Of a DNA stretch of 40,621 nucleotides, positions 23,320 through 40,621 are shown piece by piece. Position 1 is the stretch's first letter, and every line of letters starts with the position of its first letter. Source of the DNA: Salpingoeca rosetta (Eukaryota; Protista; Choanoflagellata); NCBI GenBank assembly GCA_033442325.1, contig JAWQFM010000026.1:185568-226188 (forward strand), written 5' to 3'. Under the pieces are notes generated by a model. It was not told where the DNA came from and did not search any database. It was given only the letters and a program-made list of their open reading frames with translations. Both the position numbers and the translations under genes were made by a program.

Positions 23320-23962
23320 GCCTGCGGGCAGGGCGTGTGTGTGTGTGTGTGTTGTGGGTTGGACACAAGCTCACTCACAACAACAACACAAGGTCGTTGT
23401 TTTGAGTGTGGTGTGAGATCTGGCTTCCTGCTTGTTGCTTGGATTTTGCCTGCAGGCAAAGAAATACACCACCAACTTCTTCCCTTTCCCTGTCCCTCCG
23501 TTGTCCTGAGAGATGAGGGCGGGGGGACGATAGGATGATGGTGATGAGCAACACACAAGTGCACCGCGGTGACTTTGAGATCCGCAACGAAGGATGCACG
23601 CCTCGCACACAAACACAAACAAAAACACACACCAAACAAAGGAGAGGAGGGTGCAGCTTGGCTGTTGAGCAAGAGGGCAAACTCAACGCGCGATATCCCC
23701 AGCCTCTGCAACAACAGAACAACAGATGACGGCAGGCGGTGCCTGTTAAATGCACATCGAATCCATTACAGAATAATCTGTTGTTGATGATGGAAGTTGT
23801 TGCGGTCATCATTGCCGGTCACGCTGATGTCACATTGTGCCACATCACACAACAACAACAAGCGGCAGTGAACACACAAGACACAAGACACACAAGAAGA
23901 CACAACACCACACCCTACAGCCACACCCTACAACCACAGCCACAGCAACAACACTCAACACA

Positions 23963-25936
<1,974 letters not shown>

Positions 25937-25997
25937 TGATGGTGGACACACGGACGTGTGTTTGTGTACATACAACACACACACACAGACACACACA

Positions 25998-26044
<47 letters not shown>

Positions 26045-26434
26045 ACACAACGCTGCTTGTTCGTTATCGCCCGCCGAAAATAAATGGAAATCTTCATCGA
26101 ATTTTCAAGCCAAAAGAACCGACAATCGCCTTTCTTGCTTCTCCTTCTCATTCATGTCAACACCAAGAAGCCCACTCCACTCTCTCGCTGCTGCTCTGTC
26201 ATCCATATCCAGTATTTCGTGTCCACTCGCACCTCCCTTGGGGATAGCACACACGAGCATCACCAATAAGTCTGATACCAGCGGTGGTCTATTGACTCGT
26301 CATTGTTTGTTGTTGCCACTCCATTGCTGCAATTCAAAGTCAACGACAAGCACAAGCAGCGTGCTACTGACACAAGTTTTCATCGACAAACAGCCACACA
26401 CACACACACATCAACAACAACAAACACAACGATC

Positions 26435-26586
26435 ATGGCGGAGGAAGAACTTGTGCGCGTGCCCAACTTGGACGTTGCGCAGACCCTCTTTGAACTCTCC
26501 TTGCCCGAAAGCGATCAAATGGCGCTGGAAGCTGCCTTCCTCGACGCTGTCAAGAAGGACGGTGCGTGTGCATTTGCGCGTTTGCA

Positions 26587-26649
<63 letters not shown>

Positions 26650-27886
26650 ATTCGTGTGCATTCGTGCGTTTGCATTTGTGTGCGTGCGTGCGTGTGTGCA
26701 TTCGTATGCGTGCGTTTGCATCTGTGTGCATTTGTGTGTGTGTGTGTGCAATCGTGTGCATTCGTGCGTTTGCATCTGTGTGCGTGCGTTTGCATCTGTG
26801 TGCATTCGTGTGTGTGTGTGTGTGTTGTTCATTTATATCTGTTGTCGTGTTGTTGTACGTGCACATGTTATCTTCGCCCACTCATGCTTCCTTTTGCATC
26901 CTTTGTGTTGATCGTCCTCCTTCCTTGATTGTCTGGCGTGCATTCTTGCACAGGCATGGCGCCCGTTTACGACCAAGCGTGCAAAGACCACGACCTCTCA
27001 CACGACGCCGCACTCAGCAAACAAATGCACGCTGACAGCGCCGAGAAGCTCAAGCAGCTGGACGCCAACATCAAAGGTGCGCGTGCATGAGCGCTTCGCC
27101 TTGGTAGAAGTGTGTGAGTGTGTGTACGTGTGTGTCTGTGTCTGTGTGTAGACCTGCGTGCTTACACATGCACTCACACGTATGGTCAAACACACGTTTT
27201 TATCCTCAGATGCGGAAGAGAACTTGGGTGAAACAGAGATTCGCGACGCATACATGGCAAAGGCACAACACTACGCGCGCATTGGCGCAAAGGTGCGTGT
27301 GCGTGCGTGTGCGTGTGTGTGCGCGTGTGTATGTGCGCGTGTATGGGCACGCATTTCCACACATGTCCACTTGCATGTGCACTGTTGCATCTGTTCCACT
27401 TTGGATTTTCGCCGTGCCCCATCGTGACCACCCCTTGTTCCTCTCTCCCGCCGCTCTTTACGTCTCACCCCTCATGTGACATGGCAGGAGGAGGCTGAGG
27501 CGGCCTTCCGTCAGGTGTACGAGAAGAGCATCTCTGTTGGCCAGCGCATGGATGTCGTCTTCTATCTCCTCCGCATCGGTTGGTTGTTGCTGCTGTCAGT
27601 ATGGGGCAGGGGAGTACTTGTGGCTGCATGAGACGAGAACTGTCGGAGTTGGTGTTCGAACACGTACACGCGAGGCTCTCTCACATACACACACACACAC
27701 ACACACTCGTACGCGCACACACACACACACACACACACTCTCTCTCACACTCATACTCACAAACACAAACACTGTACACATACACACACACACAGGCTTC
27801 TTTTTTGACGACAAAGAGCTGATCACGCGCAACCTGGAGAAGGCCGAGAGTCTGCTGGAGGAGGGCGGCGACTGGGAACGGTGAGA

Positions 27887-27931
<45 letters not shown>

Positions 27932-29343
27932 CACACACACACACACGTGCGCTCATGAAGTGCCTGCACTTTTTCTTCTCCTCGCTGATACGAAATCGCA
28001 ATGATTTACACTCCCTTCACACACACACACACACAACCACACATGATCCACCTTGCCCTGTTGTCGCGCAGCCGCAACCGACTGAAGGTGTACAAGGGCT
28101 TGCATCTGCTGACCATGCGCGAGTTTTCGCAAGCAACGTCGCTCTTCCTGGACACGGTGTCCACCTTCACGTGCGTCGAGCTGATGCCGTACAACGACTT
28201 TATCGGACTCACCGTCCTGGGAGCCGTCTTTGCTCTGCCCCGCACAGAACTCAACAAGAAGGTGCGCGCTGTGTGTGTGTGTGTGTGTGTGTGTGTCTGT
28301 GTGTGTCAATGTGTCTGTGTGTGTGTGTGCGTGTTAGTGTGTCCATGCTTATATACACACGCTCGCCTTCAACGCAATCTCATTCACCGTCTCCCCCCCC
28401 CGTCTCCAACGTTACCATCACCATCACCATCACCATCACCACCCCCTCCCCCAAATCTCGTTTGCAGGTGGTGAAGGGCCCCGAGATCCAAGAGGCGCTG
28501 CACGATTTGCCGCTGCACAAGCGGCTGCTGTCGTCGCTGTACGGGTGCAAATACGCCGACTTCTTTGCCGCGCTGGCGGAGGTGGAGGGCGTGTTCAAGA
28601 CGAGCCGCTACCTCGCCCAGCACACGCGCTTCTATGTTCGCGAGCTGCGCATCAAGGCGTACCAGCAGCTGCTGCAGTCCTACCGCAGGTCCGTGCTGCT
28701 GGTGGTGTGTGTGGTGGTGGTTGGTGTGTGAAGGTGGTGTGCGTGGTGTGCTTGTGTGTGCGCCTCTGTGTGGCCCTGTGTGTTGTATTGCTGGTGTATG
28801 TATTGTTGCTCGTGTGCATTTGTCTTGCATTGTTTCGCGTTGGGATTCAGCACCACCGATGACTGCTGCCCGTGCCTCACATTCCCTTGACGCCTTCGTA
28901 TCAATGGCAGCGTGACGCTTGCGAGCATTGCGTCGTCGTTTGGGGTGACAGAGGCGTTTATTGACGCCGAGTTGTCGCGCTTCATTGCGGCGGGGCGCCT
29001 CAACTGCAAGATTGACAAGGTCGCCGGCGTCGTCGAGACGACCCGCCCAGACCACCGCAACGCCCAGTACCAGGAAATCATCAAGAAGGTGTGTGTGTGT
29101 GTGTGTGTGTGTGTGGATGTGTGTGTGTGTGTAGATGTGTGTGTGTGTGTGCGAGTCAGAGTGAGAGAGTGTGCATGCATGAGCCATCTCTGTCCCATTG
29201 TCTGCTTCAACCACGACACGAACTCACGCGATTGTTCAAATCACCACCACCACCATCATCGCCACCATCATCGCCACCATCATCGCCAGGGGGACATGAT
29301 GTTGAACCGGCTGCAGAAGCTTGGCCAGGTCATCAGCATCTGA
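26435..29343 (+). CDS. PSMD6: 26S proteasome regulatory subunit RPN7 (PSMD6), multi-exon
   Basis: [126 protein letters not shown] (PCI domain). Confidence 0.97.
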
Positions 29344-29788
29344 GGCACCGCCAACCATTCAGCCCGTTCCACCATCCGTGTGTTCATGTTGCGTGAGCAT
29401 CACTTGTTCGCCCCTCTCCCGTGTGCATGTGCGCGCGGTGTACTTGCTTGTTGTGTGTTGTCCTTCTCTGTGTGGTCTTGATTGTTGTTGTCCTTTTTCC
29501 GTTGTGCGTGTGTCTCCGTGTGTTGCATTGTTGCGTTTGTGTGACGTGAAGTGTGACAGCGGCAGAAGTACATGTGTGCAGTGCTGAACCTTCATTGTTT
29601 ACTGCAAAGGACGGCACGCCGCCAAGGAGAAATTAACACCGCATCGTATCCAACCACGGGGACATGCCGCAGAGCATCTTACAACCCAGACACAGACAGA
29701 GAGAGAGACAGAGAGAGACAGACACACACAGAGACACACACACACACACACTCAGACACAGACACAGACACAGACACACACACACACA

Positions 29789-29829
<41 letters not shown>

Positions 29830-29863
29830 ACACACACACACAGACACACACAAGAACGCCACC

Positions 29864-30571
29864 TCACTTGTGTCCCGTTTGCGGGAGTGTTGGCTTTGGC
29901 GCGGGCTGGCTGGAGGGGTGACTGTACATGAAGGTGGATGCGACAACGAGCATGGTGCCGACAGCAAAGTACATGGTGAAGCGCACGTCTCCAAGGAGGA
30001 GATAGGAGAGGAGGCCCGTGAGGATGATGGAGATGCTGTTGGCAAAACCCTTCAGGATGTTGTCGGCAAACCTGCAGCCGCGCAGCAGGGAGGTAAAAGG
30101 GGGGGGGGGAGGGAGGGAAAGAAAAAGTGGTGTGGGGGATGTAAGGACGACAACGTAGCAAGCATGATGAGGACGATGGCAGGCAAACAGACACAGACAA
30201 ACAAACACACACACATACAGACAAACAAACACACACACACACACACAATGAGTAGAAACGGACTTGATGACGGCAGCGATGATGAGGCCGCCAAAGGCCT
30301 GGAGAGAGATTGCAATCCAGGTGACGGTGGAGTAGTACTGGAAGAACCCTCCCTCTGCCACGCGGTCACCATCGTTCACAACGACGCCAATCAGCCCGAG
30401 CACAATGGAGAAGAGGCTCAGCTGAATGTTGCGCAGCCACAGCGATTGCCTGGTGGAGGAGGAGGAGATGGTGATGGTGGTGGTGGCAATTACAACACGT
30501 GGGCGGAGGCACGGGTGAGTATTCATGTGTAACGCACGCAAACAGACACACACAGACACACACACACACAG

Positions 30572-30648
<77 letters not shown>

Positions 30649-30758
30649 GACCGACCGANNNNNNNNNNNNNNNNNNNNNNNNNNNNNNNNNNNNNNNNNN
30701 NNNNNNNNNNNNNNNNNNNNNNNNNNNNNNNNNNNNNNNNNNNNNNNNNNNNNNNNNN

Positions 30759-30849
<91 letters not shown>

Positions 30850-31103
30850 CCGCCCGCGACCGACTTTGTGCCCTTGAGGATCTTCTCAAAGTAGACGCCG
30901 GCAAAACCGGAGGAGCAGCAGGCGGAGAGCACGGCAACAAGGCCGACAAACTGGTTCTTGTTCGCGTCCTCGGGCATAGTCGCATCGCCGCTGCCGTCGT
31001 CAGCAGGCATCTGGTGGTGGTGACGTGAGTTTGGGGGGGGGGGGACGTGAGTAGAGCTGTTCTCTCCATTTCAGCAGGAGTTAAAGACACAACCATGATC
31101 CAC

Positions 31104-31136
<33 letters not shown>

Positions 31137-31197
31137 GAGGCGGACAGACAGACAGACAGACACACACACAGACACACAGGCATCACACACACACACG

Positions 31198-31259
<62 letters not shown>

Positions 31260-31276
31260 CACACACATACGCACAT

Positions 31277-31319
<43 letters not shown>

Positions 31320-31621
31320 AACCCCTACCACCTGCCCATAACGAGACCTGGACGAGGGCGACGCCGGCCATGAGGAGAACGAGCGAAATCCACTGGCGGG
31401 AGGAAATGACTTTGGAGAGCATCGTCACGGAGAACACAGCCGTCGTCAGGATCTTCAGCTGGTATGTCACCTGGTACAGGCAGCAGTTACGATGGAAGGG
31501 GGGACGTGAGGAGGTACGATGTAAAGTGCAGTGCAGGCACACGGAGAGCAAGGTGCAGCACAGAGACAGACACACAGACAGACACACACACACACACACA
31601 CACAGGCAGGCAGACAGACAG

Positions 31622-31657
<36 letters not shown>

Positions 31658-32529
31658 ACGACGGCACCTGGTATGTGGCAGCGGAGAGGTTGCTGAGGGC
31701 GATGAAGAGGAGGTTGTTCTGGACGGTGTAGAGCAGTGCGGGCACCGACAGCTTGAGCGTGCCCTTCCAGTTGCCCATAATCTCCCCATACATGTGGCGG
31801 TACGTCTGCACGAGCCCAAGACCCGTCTCCCGCTGCAACAGGAAGAACGAGCCCACCAACTGCAGAACACCCATGGCAACGCACATGATGGTGTCAGTGA
31901 ACGAAATGGATGCATGGCAATGGCAACCGCAACGTCGCAAACTCTTCTTCGTACTCAAGCAGTATCAATTGCGCTGTGTGTGTGTGGACTTGTGTGCACA
32001 CCTTGAAGCACTCTGACATGACGACGGCGGTCGTGGAGATGTAGTGGCCCCCGTCGCCGTTGACTGTTCTCGAATACCGCAGCACCAGGATGCTGCTTGT
32101 AGTCTGCACCATCAGCAACAGCTGTTATCACACCAACCAGGAAAAAAACAAAATAGGTGAAATGCATGAGCTGTGAGTGAGTGTGTGCTTGCGTGCGTGT
32201 GTGCGTGTGAATGTGTGTGTGTGTGATTGTGCGCGCGCTTCGCGCATCGCGCATCGTGTGCATTGTGACATGCAAGATCATCAGCACATGTGCAGGTGTT
32301 TCAGCCGTGTGTTGCACTTACCAGCGCGATGTATCGGTAAGGGAAGAACATGGCACCCACTAGCAACGACAGCAGATGCAAGTGATTGGCAGCGTCAGCG
32401 ATATGCTCAAACGGCAAGAGAGAAGGCCAGGGAGGGCCAGGCAGGGCACATCCCACCCACACCCCATCTACACAGCCCACCGCATCGCAATCGCTCGTGA
32501 CAAAGCCACCAAACATGTGACCACAGACA

Positions 32530-32599
<70 letters not shown>

Positions 32600-32662
32600 T
32601 GCACCACAGTTGGCGCGCATTCACCACTCACTGTGGATGCCAGGAAGCGGCTCTTGCGCCAT
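29864..32662 (-). CDS. SLC35A: Golgi UDP-GlcNAc/UDP-Gal nucleotide-sugar transporter (SLC35A2/A3 family)
   Basis: [101 protein letters not shown]. One intron contains an assembly gap. Confidence 0.95.
30659..30758. other. Assembly gap (100 N) inside a (CA)n tract in an SLC35A intron
   Basis: Run of n between microsatellites; the flanking exons join sensibly (KGTK|QSLWLRN). Confidence 0.99.
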
Positions 32663-33019
32663 GATCCCGGTCGTGCGTGTGTGTGTGTGTGAGTGTGTGT
32701 GTGGTTGTGTGTGCGTTTCACCAGCACGGGTGCTGAGGCGCGGCGATCCTGTGCAAGAAACAACACTATGGTGAGGGGCGAAGGTGTGTGTCTGTGCAGG
32801 AGAACAAGCCAGCGATCAGGGTAAGCACCACCACCCGCACAGCACAGCACAAAACAAAACAGCACAGCACAGCACAGCACAGCAGAGCAAGCATCGCCCC
32901 ACTCACTTTGTTGGGTTGGTAGTGAGAAAAACGGCCAAAGGCAAAAATGACTTCTTGGTGAAGGCAGAATTGACTTTCAAGGCGAACGCACACACACAAA
33001 GCAGACCAAGACTCGCAAG

Positions 33020-36342
<3,323 letters not shown>

Positions 36343-36555
36343 CGATGATGATGATGATTGATGATGGTGGTGTGAGGTGGCATACACATGTGTACATGTG
36401 CATGTACGTGTGCGTGTGCAAGTTCGTTCGTATGTGCCTTCACTCCACAAGCACTTGTCCCACAAAGTAATGAACACCGATACAAGCCAACCGCAACACG
36501 GAAGGAAGCGTATCAAATCTCACCTTGGGGCAAACGTGAACGAGAAGGCAGCACC

Positions 36556-36650
<95 letters not shown>

Positions 36651-36840
36651 GCAGCACAACGACAACAACAGCAGACGACACTGAAACAGCAACATAACCA
36701 GCAAACCCTACGACTTCCGAAAACAGCCACCCATCCCCATCCCCCCACCACCACCACCTTAACATCACCACCACCAAGCATCCCCCCATGATCACCACCT
36801 CATCACCACCACCAATTCACCATCACCACCACTCCCATGA

Positions 36841-38460
36841 TCACCAGCGGGCGCCCTGGTCCATGCTGCCAGCGACCTTCTGCTGTCGCTTCACGCCCGT
36901 CGAGCGGGGTTTGTCGTATGGTGCGGGGGGCGTGTCGCCATACACGTCCTGCTCAGAGGCAGGGGTGCCGTAAGGGGCGGGGGCCGGTTCGCCGTACACG
37001 TCGTCGTTGCTTGCAGGCTCGCCGTAGATGTTGGACGGCATGGCAAATGACATGAGCGAAGCGTGGCCCGCCTCTGTGTTGTACTCATCGTCGGCGGCCG
37101 TGTCCCCGTACATGGGCTGCGACTCGCCAGCGCGGATGTCCTGTGGAAGCGAGTATGTCACCTGCCCTGCCCGACTGTTGGCCTTGTTGCGGGGCATGTC
37201 GTACAGCTCATCGGACGTGTTCTTGCGGTCGCGCCCTGCTGCTGACGACGACGAGATTGGTGGCGGCATTGCGCTGTTGCCCGGCCGCGTGGTGCCCATG
37301 TCTGCGTCGCCGTACAGGTTCGGCGTGTCGTCGTCTCCGTAGATGTGTGAGTCGACGGCCTGTGGCGCGTCCCCGTAAAACGCATCGCCATACACGCTCT
37401 CCGTCGCCTGCGTGACCGTGGTCCTCGTGGCTGGTGCTGCTGTGGTGGCAGTGCCCATGCGGCTGTTTGTGCCGGTGCCCTGGTATGGTTTGGGCACTGC
37501 TGGTCGTGGTGGCGGTGGTGCGGCGCTGTCGTCGCCATACAAGTTCTCGGCCGCGCCCGTGTCACCATACATGCCGTCGTCAGCATCGGCGTATGCGCTG
37601 TCGCCGTACAGGGAAAGGTTTGCCATGGGCGCCGCCATATCCCCATATGTGTTGTCCGGCTGGGCCACGTCACCGTACCCAACAGCGGGCTTGGTCAGCT
37701 CCCCCTCGTACCCGGCTGTCGGCGCAGTTGCAGATGTGGACGGGCGGCGATGCGAGGGCACACGCAGGATGGACCCGCCAACGCGCGACGAGGTCGACGC
37801 AGGCGCAATGCGCTGCTGCTGCTGCACAACAGCGGGGGCGCCCGTGTCCCCGTATGTGGCATCGTCGATGTCGTCGTATGTTGGGTCGCGGGCAGGCCCT
37901 CGCTGCTGATGCTGCTGCTGCGGCTTGGAGCCGACGCGTTCAGGCAGTGCGCCCTGAGACACCATGTGCCGCTGGTGGTTGGTGGTTGGTGGTTGGTGTA
38001 GTATGTGTGTATTTGTGCGAGTGAGTGTGTCGTGAAAGAGTGTGTGCGTGTTGTGTTGTGAGTGAGGGGGAACGCGCGGTTGTACTTGCTGCATGCAAGG
38101 CGGGCTGTGTATGCCACCGTACGCACCACCAACACGAGCACCCTCCTCACCCAAGTGACACAGCAGCTGCTGCAGCTGCTTACCTCGGCAGACTCGATGG
38201 TCTCGTACATGCTGTCGGCGACAGGAACCTCGTGAGCCGGTGGGGCCATCAGCCGCGGCATGCGCACGCCGTGGATGTGGGGATGCCTGGCATTGGCATG
38301 GTGTGGTGGGGGGGGGGGAGGGATGAGAAAGAGGCGAACGAGATACACACACATACACACACGTGCACAAAGACAGACAGATATACACACAAGTGCACAA
38401 AGACAGACTGATACACACACAAGTGTACGAAGACAGACAGATACACACACACGAAAACAT

Positions 38461-38502
<42 letters not shown>

Positions 38503-39155
38503 CGCTTACATGCGGGTGAGGGCGACGTGGCCATTGCCTTCGTCTGGGAACGGATGCGTGTAGAAGAAGTCAAGCATGGTCTCCAGGCTCTCAAAGGCCT
38601 GGCCTGTGCCGAGCCCAATCTGGCCCATGCCAAGGTCCATAATCTCGTAAGACTTGATCGTCTTCCCCTGCACAACGGTGACGGCATAGTTGCCGGGAGA
38701 GCTCTTCGATCGGCGCAGGATGAATGACCCTGTTGAAACAAGCAGCAGCAACACCAGGGCAGAATAACCAGAATCAGCGTGTGTGCGTGTGTGTGTGCAA
38801 GATCGAGCACAACATGTTGGCGCAAATGGCAGTGCTGCGGACAGACCTGTTGGAGCCAGGTGTGGGGTGGTCAGGCTCTTCTCTGCCTGTAGGGTCATAG
38901 GGAAATCAAGGAACGAGTGAGTGAGTCAGGAAGTACGATGCGTGTGTACACAGGGCACTGCAAGCCGTGCAAAATGCACACGAGAATGGCGCAGCAGTAC
39001 GAATGGCGCAGCCACGAAACACAACAACCACCAATGCACGCAAGAAGCAAGCAGCGTCCTTGTACCAGCTGGCGAGGGATGTCAACCGAGAGCCAAAACC
39101 GCAACAGGTCATCCTGTGGGCCACCGTAGATGTCCTCACGCAGGCGAACAGACAT
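36841..39155 (-). CDS. SH2-domain adaptor with a long disordered tail of Tyr (YGD/YGE/YxxP) motifs
   Basis: Spliced SH2: FWLSVDIPRQL|AEKSLTTPHLAPT|GSFILRRSKSSPGNYAVTVVQGKTIKSYEI..FESLETMLDFFYTHP. The last exon (~37953-36841) has 23 Tyr, including 12 YGD, 2 YGE and a PPPPRP motif. Confidence 0.85.
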
Positions 39156-39331
39156 GGCTTGCGATGTGGGTGGCTGTGTGTGTGTTGAAGGAGGCAACAA
39201 AGCGTGTGTGCGTGTGCGTGTTTGCTGGATGTGGAATAAGTGTGAAAGGCAATTTTGACCTCTGGATCGATCAAAAGCAAAATTGACTTTAGCACGTCAC
39301 AATTCGCTGACACACAGCAGAGAGAGAAGAG

Positions 39332-39428
39332 ATGGCAGCAGCGAGGAGGCCGGAGCTTGTGCGCAAAGGTTGGTCTGTGTTTGAGTGAGTGAGTGAGTGA
39401 GTGAGTGAGTGAGTGAGTGAGTGAGTGA

Positions 39429-39460
<32 letters not shown>

Positions 39461-40433
39461 GTGTGTGTGTGTGTGAGTGTGTGTGTGTGTGTGTGAATAT
39501 ATGTGTGTGTGAATGAGAGAGAGAGTGTGTGTGTGTGTTGTATGCACTGCACCACCCACGCACACACGCACACTGCACCATGCACACACAACCACAACCA
39601 CTGCACTGCACCACCATCTCCATCCATCACCCCCCCCCCCTGCCCAATCTATCACGCGCTCGCGCTCACACTCACCCATGTGTGCAGTGCTGGACCAGTT
39701 CCGGTCCACGCAGCGCGTGGGCCGGTTTGCGGTCAAGGGCGTGCGGCCAGTGGACGAGTACAACATGTGTGCCGTCCACCTCATGCACGAGCCCACAAAG
39801 GCGGAGGTGCTGCACTTTGCCCGCCCAGACAACAACAACGCATTTGCTGTCGCCTTTGCCACCCTCCCCACAGACGACACGGGCGCGCCCCACATCCTCG
39901 AACACACCGTCCTCTGCGGAAGCAAGAAGTACCCCACCCGCGATCCATTCTTCAAGATGCTCAACAGGTGTGTATGTGTGTGTGTGTGTGCGTTGAAGCT
40001 GCCGGTTCTGATTGCTTTCTTAGCTGATTGAGCATGCACACATTGCAAAGCACACTTCACAAACGAACTACATCCTAACCCATACAACCACACATGTCTA
40101 CACACTCTCTTCTCATTCGCCTCTTTTTCCGACTTCCCAACCGCTGCCCAGGTCACTGTCCAACTTTATGAACGCGCTGACGGGCCCCGACTACACCATG
40201 TATCCGTTCTCCACCACCAACGCTCAGGATTTTGCCAACCTCATGCACGTGTACCTCGATGCAGCGTTCTTCCCAAACCTCAACGAGCTCGACTTCTGCC
40301 AGGAAGGATGGTGCGTTATGCGTTATGTGTGGTGTGGTGGTGTACTTGTGTGTGTGTGCGTGTATGTGTACTTGTGCGTGTGTATGTACTTGTGCGTGTG
40401 TGTGTGCGCGTGTGTATGTGTATGTGTGTGTTT

Positions 40434-40465
<32 letters not shown>

Positions 40466-40529
40466 GGTTGTGTCAGGCGGTTGGAGCACGAGAACGTTCA
40501 CGACAAGTCGTCTCCCCTGCAGTTCAAAG
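39332..40529 (+). CDS. PITRM1: Presequence protease (pitrilysin M16C; PITRM1/PreP/Cym1), 5' part; continues off the right edge
   Basis: [91 protein letters not shown]; inverted zinc motif HXXEH (HILEH). The start exon (39332-39368) is tentative. Confidence 0.93.
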
Positions 40530-40534
40530 GTTGG

Positions 40535-40621
<87 letters not shown>

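Noticed and set aside
26565-26815. Degenerate gcgtttgcatctgtgtgcattcgt repeats resembling an array
   Set aside because: Irregular intronic minisatellite derived from GT repeats, with no unique spacers; not a CRISPR array.

Overview
Gene-dense, intron-rich eukaryotic genomic DNA, saturated with (CA)n/(GT)n microsatellites. Gene content and style suggest a unicellular holozoan, most likely a choanoflagellate such as Salpingoeca rosetta (inference). Most ORFs in the supplied track are microsatellite artefacts, so genes were rebuilt by hand from GT-AG exons. Left to right: FANCL (-, runs off the left edge) head-to-head with INCENP (+); an uncharacterised EF-hand gene (-); a ~1.1-kb inverted duplication, each arm carrying a tRNA-Trp(CCA) gene and the start of an ankyrin ORF, that encloses a damaged ANK-Roc-COR-TIR-SAM (Roco-TIR) gene (-); a MYRF-type self-cleaving membrane transcription factor (-) whose luminal tail has a Thr-rich stalk, two EGF-like modules and a cadherin-like beta-sandwich, head-to-head with a steroid 5-alpha-reductase (+); proteasome subunit RPN7/PSMD6 (+); an SLC35A nucleotide-sugar transporter (-) head-to-head with Tat-SF1 (+); an SH2 adaptor with ~23 tyrosine motifs (-) head-to-head with presequence protease PITRM1 (+, runs off the right edge). 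The most notable items are the tRNA-flanked Roco-TIR-SAM cassette, the receptor-like MYRF, the SH2/YGD-array adaptor and the G/T-to-A/C polarity of the introns. All family assignments come from motifs recognised by eye; no searches were run.
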